From the NCBI GenBank assembly GCA_037381445.1, contig JARRQT010000053.1, positions 1-26,522 of the forward strand: 26,522 nt of DNA, written 5' to 3'. Below the pieces are notes generated by a model, which saw nothing but the letters and a program-made list of their open reading frames with translations, ran no database searches and was not told the origin of the DNA. Source of the stretch: Calditrichia bacterium (GTDB taxonomy: Bacteria > Calditrichota > Calditrichia > RBG-13-44-9). The stretch's first letter is position 1. Every line of letters begins with the position of its first letter. Of the stretch, positions 15,893-24,364 are shown piece by piece. The position numbers and the translations under genes were made by a program.

Positions 15893-17737
15893 ATGATAAA
15901 CCGGCAATTTGGATTTTCAATTTTAATACTTCTGGTGACATTTGTTCTGGGATTTTCCCAGGACATCAAGATCACGGCGCATGTGGATAAGAATCCGGTG
16001 GGTGCGGATGAGCAGTTTACCTACGAGGTGGAAGTGTCCGGCGCCAGCCAGAGCCTTCCCGATGTGGACCTGCCGGATTTTGCGGATTTTGCTATACTGG
16101 GCGGGCCCAGCGTTTCTTCTTCCTACCAGATTGTCAATTTCAATATGTCGGCGAGCAAGTCCTATTCAATGGTCCTGATGCCGCGTCAGACAGGAACTTT
16201 TAAAATCGGGCCGGCCGCTATTACCTATAAAGGAAAAACTATTAAATCGAATACGGTCGATGTGACCGTGACCAAACAGTCAGGAGGGAGTAGCCAGCGC
16301 CGGCAGGCGCCAGGCCGCAGCAGCAGGGGGAGTCAAAACGAATCGGACGCCGATCTTTCCAAAGTGCTCTTTCTGGATGTGATTCCATCCAAACGTACGG
16401 TCTATGTGAATCAGGAAGTGACCCTGCGCTACAAAATCTATTTCAGGACCCAGATCACCAATAATGAAGTATCCAAACTGCCCGAGGCGGTGGGGAGCTG
16501 GGTGGAAGAATATCCTATCGACAGCCGTCCCAAGATTTACACCGAGAATGTCAAAGGGGTGCAGTACAATGTCGCCGAAATCAAGAAAATGGCGGTATTT
16601 CCTTCCCGTCCCGGGAAAATCACCATTTCGCCGCTGGAACTGATCGTCGAAACGGTGGTGCGCCGTCGTCGCCGGAGCACGAATGATCTGTTCGACAATT
16701 TCTTCAGCGATCCCTTCGGGCAGGTGGTAAAAAAACGTATTTCTTCCGGGCCGGTAGAGATAAAAGTGCTCCCGCTTCCGGAAGCAGGAAAACCGGATAA
16801 TTTCAGCGGCCTGGTGGGCGATTTCAAAATACACTCGTCAGTCGATAAGCAGGCCACTGAGACCAACGATGCGATTTCCTATAAAGTGAACATTTCCGGC
16901 CGGGGGTTGCTGCAGATTTTGAACAACCTGCCGGTAGAATTTCCGCCCGATTTTGAAGTTTACGATCCGAAGGTAAACCAGTCCGTCAACAAAAGCGGGG
17001 CGGCCATCACCAGCAACAAGGAATTCGAATATGTGCTGATTCCCCGGGCTGCCGGGGAGCAGCGGATCAAAGCAGTGGAAATACCGTATTTCAATCCGCA
17101 GGACCGAAGATATCACTCGCTCAAAATTCCCGAATATAAAATCCGGGTGGCACAGGGAAAAGAAGTCGCCATGGGCGTGGGAAGCGGAGCGGGGCTGTCC
17201 AAGGAGGAGGTCCGTCTGCTGGGCAAGGATATCCGTTTTATCAAAGAGGATGTCGCGGAATTCAGGCCCATCGGCGAATTGCCCTATGAAAATGTCTGGT
17301 TCATCGTTTCGCTGGTTCTGCCGCTGCTGGTTCTGGGTGCGGCGTGGGGTTACCGCAATCATCTGGAGAAAATGTCCTCCAATGTTCAGTACGCCCGCAG
17401 TCGGAAGGCCGGAAAGCACGCACAGATGCGCCTGAAAGAAGCAAAAACGTTTTTAAATCAGAAAAAAGCAGCGGAATTCTACAGCGCGGTATCCCGCGGA
17501 CTCATCGGATATGTGGCCGATAAGACCAATCAGCCGGCCGCCGGCTTATTGCGGGATGATGTGAAGGGGCTGCTGCTGAAATCAAATATCAACGGGGAAC
17601 TGGAAAGCGAATTCATGACTTGCCTCGATGAAGCGGATTTCCGGAGATTCGCACCGGGTGAAGTAACCGATGCGGACATGAAGAATTTTTATCAGAAATC
17701 GGAGAAGATTCTGATGAAACTGGGGAAATTTTTATAG
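15893..17737 (+). CDS. batD: BatD protein (614 aa)
   Basis: Signal peptide, repeated beta domains (VDKNPV, SKRTVYVNQEV, VKVLPLP-like IKVLPLP..GKP.NFSGLVGDF, PYFNP), DIRFIK, TM, C-terminal domain ending in RFAP motif; ATG at 15893, just after the batC stop. Confidence 0.92.
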   Translation: MINRQFGFSILILLVTFVLGFSQDIKITAHVDKNPVGADEQFTYEVEVSGASQSLPDVDLPDFADFAILGGPSVSSSYQIVNFNMSASKSYSMVLMPRQTGTFKIGPAAITYKGKTIKSNTVDVTVTKQSGGSSQRRQAPGRSSRGSQNESDADLSKVLFLDVIPSKRTVYVNQEVTLRYKIYFRTQITNNEVSKLPEAVGSWVEEYPIDSRPKIYTENVKGVQYNVAEIKKMAVFPSRPGKITISPLELIVETVVRRRRRSTNDLFDNFFSDPFGQVVKKRISSGPVEIKVLPLPEAGKPDNFSGLVGDFKIHSSVDKQATETNDAISYKVNISGRGLLQILNNLPVEFPPDFEVYDPKVNQSVNKSGAAITSNKEFEYVLIPRAAGEQRIKAVEIPYFNPQDRRYHSLKIPEYKIRVAQGKEVAMGVGSGAGLSKEEVRLLGKDIRFIKEDVAEFRPIGELPYENVWFIVSLVLPLLVLGAAWGYRNHLEKMSSNVQYARSRKAGKHAQMRLKEAKTFLNQKKAAEFYSAVSRGLIGYVADKTNQPAAGLLRDDVKGLLLKSNINGELESEFMTCLDEADFRRFAPGEVTDADMKNFYQKSEKILMKLGKFL

Positions 17738-17806
17738 GGAAGGATTCCGACAAGGGATTCGAGCCGGGCAACCGGCAGTTAATATTTTTGCAGCAGGAAT
17801 AAAGGA

Positions 17807-18574
17807 ATGAAGAAATTTTTAGGCATTAACATTTTTTTGATATTTGTTCTCGCGGGCCTTTCCTTCGGTCAGACGGGACATCAGAAGGAAGTATTTCTGC
17901 AGGCCAATCAGAATTACGCGAAACAGAATTATGAAGGAGCGATCGAACTTTATCAGAAAATCCTGAAGCAGGGATATGAAAATTCGGATATCTATTACAA
18001 TCTGGGAAATTGCTTCTATCGCCTGAACCAGGTCGGGAACGCGGTCCTCTATTTTGAAAAGGCTCATAAACTAAATCCCCATGATCCCGATATTGAGTAT
18101 AACCTGGAGCTGGCTAACCTGCGCATTGTCGACAACATCCAGCTGCCGCCCCGCTTTTTCCTGTTTAACTGGTGGGATGCGGTGAAGAATTACTATTCCC
18201 CCGGTCAGCTTACTTATGTTGTATCGGTTCTTTTCGCGGTTACCATATTTTTGCTTATCATCTGGCTTTATGCCAAATCCTACCGTCTGCGGCGCTGGCT
18301 GATGACATTTGTGGTGACGGCGGGAGTCATTGCTGTTTTCTGGTCCTATATATTCCTGATTCGAATTCATGAGTACAAAAGCCATCGGGATGCTGTGGTA
18401 CTGACTTCCACGGAGACGGTTTACAGCGCTCCGGACGAGGGCAGCACCGACGTTTTCGTGCTGCACGAAGGCGCCAAGGTGAAGCTTGATGATCAGCGCA
18501 GCGGATGGATGGAGATCAGCCTGCCGGACGGCAAAAGCGGCTGGATTAAAAGTCAGGCTTTGGGTATTATTTAA
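17807..18574 (+). CDS. batE: BatE, TPR + TM + SH3-like protein
   Basis: YYNLGNCFYR..QVGNAVLYFEKA.KLNP.DPDI.YNL, two TMs, C-terminal LHEGAKV......GW.EI.LPDGKSGWI. Confidence 0.93.
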   Translation: MKKFLGINIFLIFVLAGLSFGQTGHQKEVFLQANQNYAKQNYEGAIELYQKILKQGYENSDIYYNLGNCFYRLNQVGNAVLYFEKAHKLNPHDPDIEYNLELANLRIVDNIQLPPRFFLFNWWDAVKNYYSPGQLTYVVSVLFAVTIFLLIIWLYAKSYRLRRWLMTFVVTAGVIAVFWSYIFLIRIHEYKSHRDAVVLTSTETVYSAPDEGSTDVFVLHEGAKVKLDDQRSGWMEISLPDGKSGWIKSQALGII

Positions 18575-18603
18575 ATCCCGTTAGTGATAATCTGGAAGGT
18601 GAA

Positions 18604-18858
18604 ATGAGCATGGAAATCAGCGCGATTCGCATGGTTAACATCGGAAAAATCAAGGCAGTCGTGGATGTACGCACATCGGAGGGTTTTATTATCCGGGGAT
18701 TCAAGGTTGTCGAAGGCGACAACGGCCTTTTCGTGGGCATGCCTTCCGAGCGGACCAAGTCGGGCAAATATATGGATCTGGTCAAAATTGATGACTGGAA
18801 CCTCAAGGAAATGCTGGAAACGCTGGTCCTGGATGCCTACAACAAGAAGAAGAAATAA
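18604..18858 (+). CDS. spoVG: SpoVG-family nucleic-acid-binding protein
   Basis: IKAVVDV.....FIIRGFKVVEGDNGLFVGMPS...K.GKY.DLV...VLDAY; start could be the second Met (18610). Confidence 0.9.
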   Translation: MSMEISAIRMVNIGKIKAVVDVRTSEGFIIRGFKVVEGDNGLFVGMPSERTKSGKYMDLVKIDDWNLKEMLETLVLDAYNKKKK

Positions 18859-18927
18859 TAAACTCTCCGCACCTGCCTGCCTGTTTCATAAATAATTCCT
18901 GCAAAAAATCGTCAGGCCGGTGATATC

Positions 18928-19677
18928 TTACTGTTCCCTGTCTTCATCATTTCTATCCAGATGCATTTTCATATCTTGCATCGATTCCACCAGCATTTTT
19001 CGCATTTCTCTGGTGAAGGGATTGTAGCGGTGCATATCCTCAAACAGCTCATCCGTGTCCCGGTTAATTTTCCGGACCAGCCTCAATAAATTCTGATAGT
19101 CTTTGGTGGCAATATTCGTTTGGGGGAGGGGCAGGGTATGCAATGCCCGTCCCAGGAAGTGGGTCATGGCCAGCGTCCAGGCCATCAACCGGTCATGTTC
19201 GACGGCGGACATCTCCATAATCCGTACACCCGGTTCGCTCCAAAAATTCCTGGCGACCTCCAGTTGTTCCGCCGGTATCCGAAGCGGCGTGAAGATAATA
19301 CGGTGGCCCTTCAGGCTGCGACTGGCTGAATCGGGGCCGAACAGGGGATGGGTGCCAAGCAGGTGGACATCCTCCGGGAGCTGATCTTCCATAATCTGTA
19401 ATGGATAGCTCTTCACCGCGCACACATCCATGACAATTGTGCCGGCAGGAAGCAGCGGGGCCGCTTCCGATATAACTTTTTTCAGCGCTGACACCGGGAC
19501 CGCTATTATCACCAGCGAGCAACGGCAGACATCGCCCAATGACGCGAAGGGAATTTGTCTGAAATTCGGATTTTCGGATTTGGAGGGATCATAAATTTTG
19601 AATGTGTGCCTGTTTCCGAGATGCCGGAAAAGCACCTCTCCAAATCTGCCGAAGCCGATCAGTCCTACCGTGATCAT
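18928..19677 (-). CDS. tyrA: Prephenate/arogenate dehydrogenase (TyrA family)
   Basis: Rossmann [35 protein letters not shown]...[12 protein letters not shown] overlap with the upstream gene. Confidence 0.9.
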   Translation of the reverse strand: MITVGLIGFGRFGEVLFRHLGNRHTFKIYDPSKSENPNFRQIPFASLGDVCRCSLVIIAVPVSALKKVISEAAPLLPAGTIVMDVCAVKSYPLQIMEDQLPEDVHLLGTHPLFGPDSASRSLKGHRIIFTPLRIPAEQLEVARNFWSEPGVRIMEMSAVEHDRLMAWTLAMTHFLGRALHTLPLPQTNIATKDYQNLLRLVRKINRDTDELFEDMHRYNPFTREMRKMLVESMQDMKMHLDRNDEDREQ

Positions 19678-20919
19678 TCGGCGGAATCCTTCTGGTGCTG
19701 CTTCGAGAATCTGAGGACGGTTTCCAGTATCTGTCCGCCATATTTCTTCGGGAGCCCCAGCGCTTCCGCCATTTCACTCCAGTTCTGCACAAGATCATTC
19801 TCCCGCCGGACGTCTTCGATGCCCAATTTCTGCTCCTTTTTGATGCCGGATACTTTTCCAATCAGGCGATGACGCTGGGCCAGTAACAGTAGCAGCTGCT
19901 GATCAATGGTGTCGATCTTCGAGCGGATCTGCTCAAGTTTATTCCTGCCGGAAATTCTTTCCTGCAGCAGGATCAGATCGATCAGCACCAGGGCCACCAT
20001 GGCTTCCGCCACCGGAACGACGCGCGGACAGATGCAGGGATCATGCCTGCCTTCAATCCGAAAATCAACCGGATTACCCGAACGGTCCACTGTTTTTTGC
20101 GGTTTGCCGATAGAGGAGGGCGGCTTCACCGCGATTCGCATCACCATGTCTTCACCGCTGGAAATGCCTCCCAGCACGCCGCCGGAATGATTGGTATGTG
20201 TCCGGAATCTTTTCTGCGATCCATCGAAATAAAAGGTATCATTGTGTTCGCTTCCCTTCATTTCCGCCGCTTTGAAACCGCTTCCCACTTCAAAAGCCTT
20301 TACCGCCCCGATGGACATCAGTGCGCCTGCCAATTCGGCGTCGATTTTATGAAAAACCGGTTCACCCAGACCGGTGGGGCAGTTTCTCACTATAATTTCG
20401 ATAACACCGCCCAGAGAATCTCCATTCGATCTCAATATTGCCGATCCGCCGGGTATAGGCAATAATATCAATGCCGCGGGATTTGAGAAACTGTTTTGCG
20501 ATGGCGCCGGCGGCAACCCGGCTGGCCGTTTCCCGTCCGCTGGCCCGCCCGCCGCCCCGGTAATCAAATAGGCCATATTTTTCCAGAAATGTGTAACCCG
20601 CATGGCCGGGACGCAGAATGTTCTCAAGGTTATGGTAATCTCCGGAACGCTGGTCCCGGTTTCTGATCAGCAGGCAGATGGGCGTCCCCGTGGTTTTCCC
20701 TTCAAAAATACCGCTGATAATTTCAACCCGGTCAGTTTCCTGACGGGGCGTGACGATGTCGCTCTGTCCCGGCCGCCGCCGGTCCAATTCCTGCTGAATC
20801 CGGCTGGTATCGACGGCTAGACCCGGCCGCACACCATCTATAACGATGCCCATATAAGGGCCATGGCTTTCGCCGAAAGTCATGACCCGAAAGGCTTTTC
20901 CAAATGCACTTCCGCTCAT
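19674..20919 (-). pseudogene. aroC: Chorismate synthase fused to a C-terminal AroQ-type chorismate mutase, interrupted by an internal deletion/frameshift near 20427 (real lesion or assembly join)
   Basis: Frame 1 (from 20919): [37 protein letters not shown], ending at GNIEI. Frame 2 resumes at NGDSLGG..GLGEPVF...RHDPCICPR, then continues without a stop into [22 protein letters not shown]...IK...IEDVRRE. Confidence 0.88.
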
Positions 20920-21012
20920 TTTGCACCCGCTTTATTTGACAAATATATTAGTTTTGCTTAAAACAGAGAATATGAGAAAAACACGATTCAAAAAATGTTT
21001 TCATGACCCGGC

Positions 21013-22290
21013 TCAGGATCCGCTTTTTCCGGACAGCCGCTCAAAATCGGCCCAAAATGTGGGATACGATTTTTCCACGCAACCCGGATTCTCAATAGAA
21101 ATCCCCGGGATCTTCAGCCCCGCCACAGCGAAACTCATGGCCATCCGGTGATCATTATGGGTCCTTATTTTTTGGCCCCTGAGCGCCGAGGGTTCTATTA
21201 TCAGTTCGTCCTCGCTGATGGCCGCTTTTCCGCCCAGAAGGCTGATATTGTCGGCCAGAACCTGTCCGCGGTCGGATTCCTTGTAACGCAGATGGGCCAC
21301 GCCGCCGAGCCGTGATTTTCCTCTGGCAAACAGCGCCAGCACAGCAACGGCAGGGACCAGGTCCGGGCAATCTCTCATGTTCCAGTCAATGCCCGCGATT
21401 TCCGATCCCTGTACCATTATTCCGGAAGTTTCCCGGCCAATCGGGGCGCCGGCGGCTTCCAGAATATCCAGTATCACCCGATCGCCCTGCAGGGAATCAT
21501 TTGCCAAGTTGGACAACCGCAGTTCTCCGCCGGTAATGGCAGCGCCCACCACGAAATAAGAAGCGCTGGAGAAATCGCCTTCCACTACTACTTCCCCGAT
21601 CCGGTAATCCTGCTTTCCCGGCACTCGGATGCTGTTTTCATCTTCATGGACAGTAATGCCGCGGCGGCGCATCATGGTGATGGTCATGTCCATATAGGGC
21701 CTGGAAGCGATCCGGCCGCCGTGCACGATGGTGATGCCTTTTTCAGTAACAGGGGCTGTCAGCAGCAGGGCAGAGATGAACTGGGAGGTCCGGGTTGCGT
21801 CGATACTGGCATTGCCTCCCGCCGCTGCTCTGCCTCTTATGCGCAGCGGCAAATGCCCTGCGTTGTGTTCTATCTCGATTCCCATTTCCTTCAGCGCTTC
21901 GATCAGTGAGCCCATAGGTCGCTGGCGCATGCGATCGGACCCGTCAATATTATATTCCCCCGGCCGAAATGCCGCGAAGACGGTCAGAAAGCGGGCGCTG
22001 GTACCCGAATTTCCCACCTTTATTTTTATGGGCAGCGTGGGATTCTTCTTCTCTCCGGAAAATACAACCTGATTCCCTTCTGACCTGATATCATATCCCA
22101 TATTTTTCAGGGCATTCAAGGTGATCAGGGTATCTTCGCTGAACAGGGGATTAATGATTTTGCAGGGATGTCCCGACAGAGCCGCCATGATGAACAAGCG
22201 GTGGGTGATGCTTTTGGAAGGCGGCGCTTCCAGTGAGCCTTCAATTATTCCCAGCGATATTTTCCTGTATTCCTGGAGCTGATTGTCCAT
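21013..22290 (-). CDS. aroA: 3-phosphoshikimate 1-carboxyvinyltransferase (EPSP synthase)
   Basis: PPSKSITHR, VGNSGTSARF, RMRQRPM, SQFISALL, EGDFSSASYF, DCPDLVP, LRYKESDR, DHRMAMSF, CVEKSYPTF. Start uncertain (ATG 22290, or up to GTG 22323). Confidence 0.95.
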   Translation of the reverse strand: MDNQLQEYRKISLGIIEGSLEAPPSKSITHRLFIMAALSGHPCKIINPLFSEDTLITLNALKNMGYDIRSEGNQVVFSGEKKNPTLPIKIKVGNSGTSARFLTVFAAFRPGEYNIDGSDRMRQRPMGSLIEALKEMGIEIEHNAGHLPLRIRGRAAAGGNASIDATRTSQFISALLLTAPVTEKGITIVHGGRIASRPYMDMTITMMRRRGITVHEDENSIRVPGKQDYRIGEVVVEGDFSSASYFVVGAAITGGELRLSNLANDSLQGDRVILDILEAAGAPIGRETSGIMVQGSEIAGIDWNMRDCPDLVPAVAVLALFARGKSRLGGVAHLRYKESDRGQVLADNISLLGGKAAISEDELIIEPSALRGQKIRTHNDHRMAMSFAVAGLKIPGISIENPGCVEKSYPTFWADFERLSGKSGS

Positions 22291-22331
22291 AACGTTCTTT
22301 TTCGCAGTCTGCATTAAACTCACTGTTAAAT

Positions 22332-23384
22332 TTAAACCGCTTTTTTCATTATTTTCTGTGAATTTTTATATTTTTCAAAATTATTTTTGCAATATATAAA
22401 ATAGTTAAATTTTTCCATCAGGTCAGAAAATTCCTGCGGATTCATGGTCTGATTGGCGTCGGACCAGGAAGATTCCGGACGGGGATGCATTTCCACCATC
22501 AGTCCGTCCGCGCCCGCCGCCAATGCCGCCAGGCTCATGGATTCAATCAGATCCCGTCTTCCCGTGCCGTGACTGGGATCCACAATAATGGGCAGGTGAG
22601 AGGCTGATTTTACGGCGGGAATGATATTCAAATCCAGTGTGTTACGTGTGAATTCGACAAATGACCGGATGCCCCGCTCGCATAGAATAACCTCATTATT
22701 TCCCTCCGACATAATATATTCGGCGCTCATCATAAACTCCTTGAAATCGGCGGACATCCCCCGTTTCAACAGCACCGGCTTCCCGGAGCGGCCTGCCTCT
22801 TTGAGCAGCGAATAATTCTGCATATTGCGGGCCCCGATCTGCAGAACATCGGCGTATTCCTGTCCCAGCGGAACATCCTTGGAATCGAGAATTTCCGTCA
22901 CAATGGGCAGTCCGGTTTCCTGTTTCGCCAACTGAAGCAGGCGCAGCCCTTCCTCTCCCAGTCCCTGAAAGCTGTAGGGACTGGTACGCGGTTTAAAGGC
23001 GCCGCCCCTGAAAAGATGGGCCCCTTTCTTTTTGGCCATGCGGGCGGCCTGTAAAATTTGCTCTTCATTCTCCACGGAACAAGGGCCGGCTATCATCACC
23101 GGCTCAGCTCCCCCAATTTGGACTCCATCCACTTTGATAATTGTATTCTCCCGCTTGAATTCGCGGCTGACCAGCTTATAGGGCCTGGAGATAGGAATCA
23201 CGGTTTCCACTCCGGGAAGCGTTAGCAACTGCTCTATCTGCACCTCATGACGGTATCCGATAACCCCGATGATGGTTCTTTCCGCTCCCCTGGAAATGTG
23301 CGGACGGGCATGATGGGCGCGGATGAATTCGACGACCTGGGAAATCTCCGCAGGCGACGCTTCGGAAGACATTGAGATGACCAT
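22332..23384 (-). CDS. aroF: DAHP synthase, type I-beta, with N-terminal ferredoxin/ACT-like regulatory domain
   Basis: IAGPCSVE, FRGGAFKPRTSPYSFQG, QIGARNMQN, LLKRG, LCERGIR, DPSHGTG; N-terminal HISRGAERTIIGVIG domain; AGGAGG RBS. Confidence 0.96.
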   Translation of the reverse strand: MVISMSSEASPAEISQVVEFIRAHHARPHISRGAERTIIGVIGYRHEVQIEQLLTLPGVETVIPISRPYKLVSREFKRENTIIKVDGVQIGGAEPVMIAGPCSVENEEQILQAARMAKKKGAHLFRGGAFKPRTSPYSFQGLGEEGLRLLQLAKQETGLPIVTEILDSKDVPLGQEYADVLQIGARNMQNYSLLKEAGRSGKPVLLKRGMSADFKEFMMSAEYIMSEGNNEVILCERGIRSFVEFTRNTLDLNIIPAVKSASHLPIIVDPSHGTGRRDLIESMSLAALAAGADGLMVEMHPRPESSWSDANQTMNPQEFSDLMEKFNYFIYCKNNFEKYKNSQKIMKKAV

Positions 23385-23406
23385 ACTGTTTTTCCTCCTA
23401 ATATAA

Positions 23407-23439
23407 TAAAAAACCCCTTCCCGGAGATTGGGAAGGGGT
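23407..23439 (-). terminator. Attenuator terminator upstream of aroF
   Basis: Minus strand ACCCCTTCCC-aatctcc-GGGAAGGGGT followed by a U-run (A7 at 23407-23413 on plus), lying between the leader ORF and the aroF RBS. Confidence 0.9.
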
Positions 23440-23483
23440 AATATTGTATTTTTATATACCTGTCAATCTACCGGGTTGGGGAT

Positions 23484-23543
23484 CTACGTTTCTCCGTAAA
23501 AATAAAAATAAACATTAAAAAATTTAATTGAATAGAATTTCAT
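23484..23543 (-). CDS. Phe/Tyr-rich leader peptide MKFYSIKFFNVYFYFYGET (19 aa)
   Basis: Hand translation: ATG AAA TTC TAT TCA ATT AAA TTT TTT AAT GTT TAT TTT TAT TTT TAC GGA GAA ACG TAG; 5 Phe + 4 Tyr; lies between promoter and terminator. Confidence 0.88.
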   Translation of the reverse strand: MKFYSIKFFNVYFYFYGET

Positions 23544-23571
23544 TTCTTTCGACCGTTTTCTTTGCTTTTCA

Positions 23572-23600
23572 ATTATAAAGCATCGAATTTTGGAATACAA
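23572..23600 (-). promoter_or_regulatory. Sigma70 promoter of the aro operon leader
   Basis: Minus strand TTGTAT (23600-23595), 17 nt, TATAAT (23577-23572), 28 nt upstream of the leader ATG. Confidence 0.75.
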
Positions 23601-23718
23601 GAAGAAAATGCTCAAAATTGCTTTTTTCTTCAAAGGAACTCATCTTTGCGTGTTTGACGATATGAAACGTTAGCTTTGTATTATTACTTTTGGATCAAAT
23701 TTCAGGAACGGAAGCGGC

Positions 23719-24348
23719 ATGGATTATTTTATATTCATGATTTTGATCAGTTATTTCGCGGGGTCCATTCCTACTGCCATCATCACGGGGAAGGTGCTGC
23801 GGGGAATTGATATCCGTACCCAGGGTAGCGGCAATGCGGGGGCTACCAATGTTTTTCGGGTCCTGGGCTGGAAAGCCGGTCTGTTTGTCCTTCTTTTCGA
23901 TGTGGCCAAAGGTTTTGTGGCGACTGTCCTTATTTATAAAATCGCAGCAGGCCATGTTTTTATTGATCCGGTGGTTTTGCAGATTATCGCCGGACTGTGC
24001 GCCGTGTTTGGGCACATCTGGACGATTTTTGCAGGATTCAGGGGCGGGAAAGGCGTTGGCGCCGGCGCCGGCATGGTGATTGGGCTGGTGCCTTGGGCAG
24101 TGCTGGCGGCGCTTATCGTATTTATCATTGTTGTGGCTTTGACCCGCTATGTTTCATTGGGCTCCATACTGGCCTCCATTATGGTGGCCCTTTATCTGTT
24201 TGGGAAGAATTATATATTTGAAAGCCCGGTTCCGGTACCCTTACTGGTTTTGGGCATTATTGTCCCGCTTTTGATCATCTTAACACATCGCAGCAATATT
24301 CAGCGCCTTTTAAATGGAAATGAAAATAAAATCCAATTTAAAAAATAA
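23719..24348 (+). CDS. plsY: Glycerol-3-phosphate acyltransferase PlsY
   Basis: YFAGSIP, DIRTQGSGNAGATNVFR, DVAKG, GHIW.IF.GFRGGKGV, RYVSLGS, HRSNIQRL..G.E. Confidence 0.96.
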   Translation: MDYFIFMILISYFAGSIPTAIITGKVLRGIDIRTQGSGNAGATNVFRVLGWKAGLFVLLFDVAKGFVATVLIYKIAAGHVFIDPVVLQIIAGLCAVFGHIWTIFAGFRGGKGVGAGAGMVIGLVPWAVLAALIVFIIVVALTRYVSLGSILASIMVALYLFGKNYIFESPVPVPLLVLGIIVPLLIILTHRSNIQRLLNGNENKIQFKK

Positions 24349-24364
24349 CCAAAGGTGAGCGAAT

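Noticed and set aside
14998..15975. 325-aa Leu-rich antisense ORF resembling a membrane protein
   Set aside because: It is the reverse complement of the CAG-rich batC tract (CAG reads as CTG, Leu).
17763..17776. GCCGG-GCAA-CCGGC hairpin between batD and batE as a terminator
   Set aside because: Only a 5-bp stem without an adjacent U-tract, inside a conserved operon.
19674..20627. 317-aa ORF as an independent gene starting MRTFCVP
   Set aside because: Its first ~65 residues are an off-frame read of the aroC 5' half; AroC similarity starts only at NGDSLGG.
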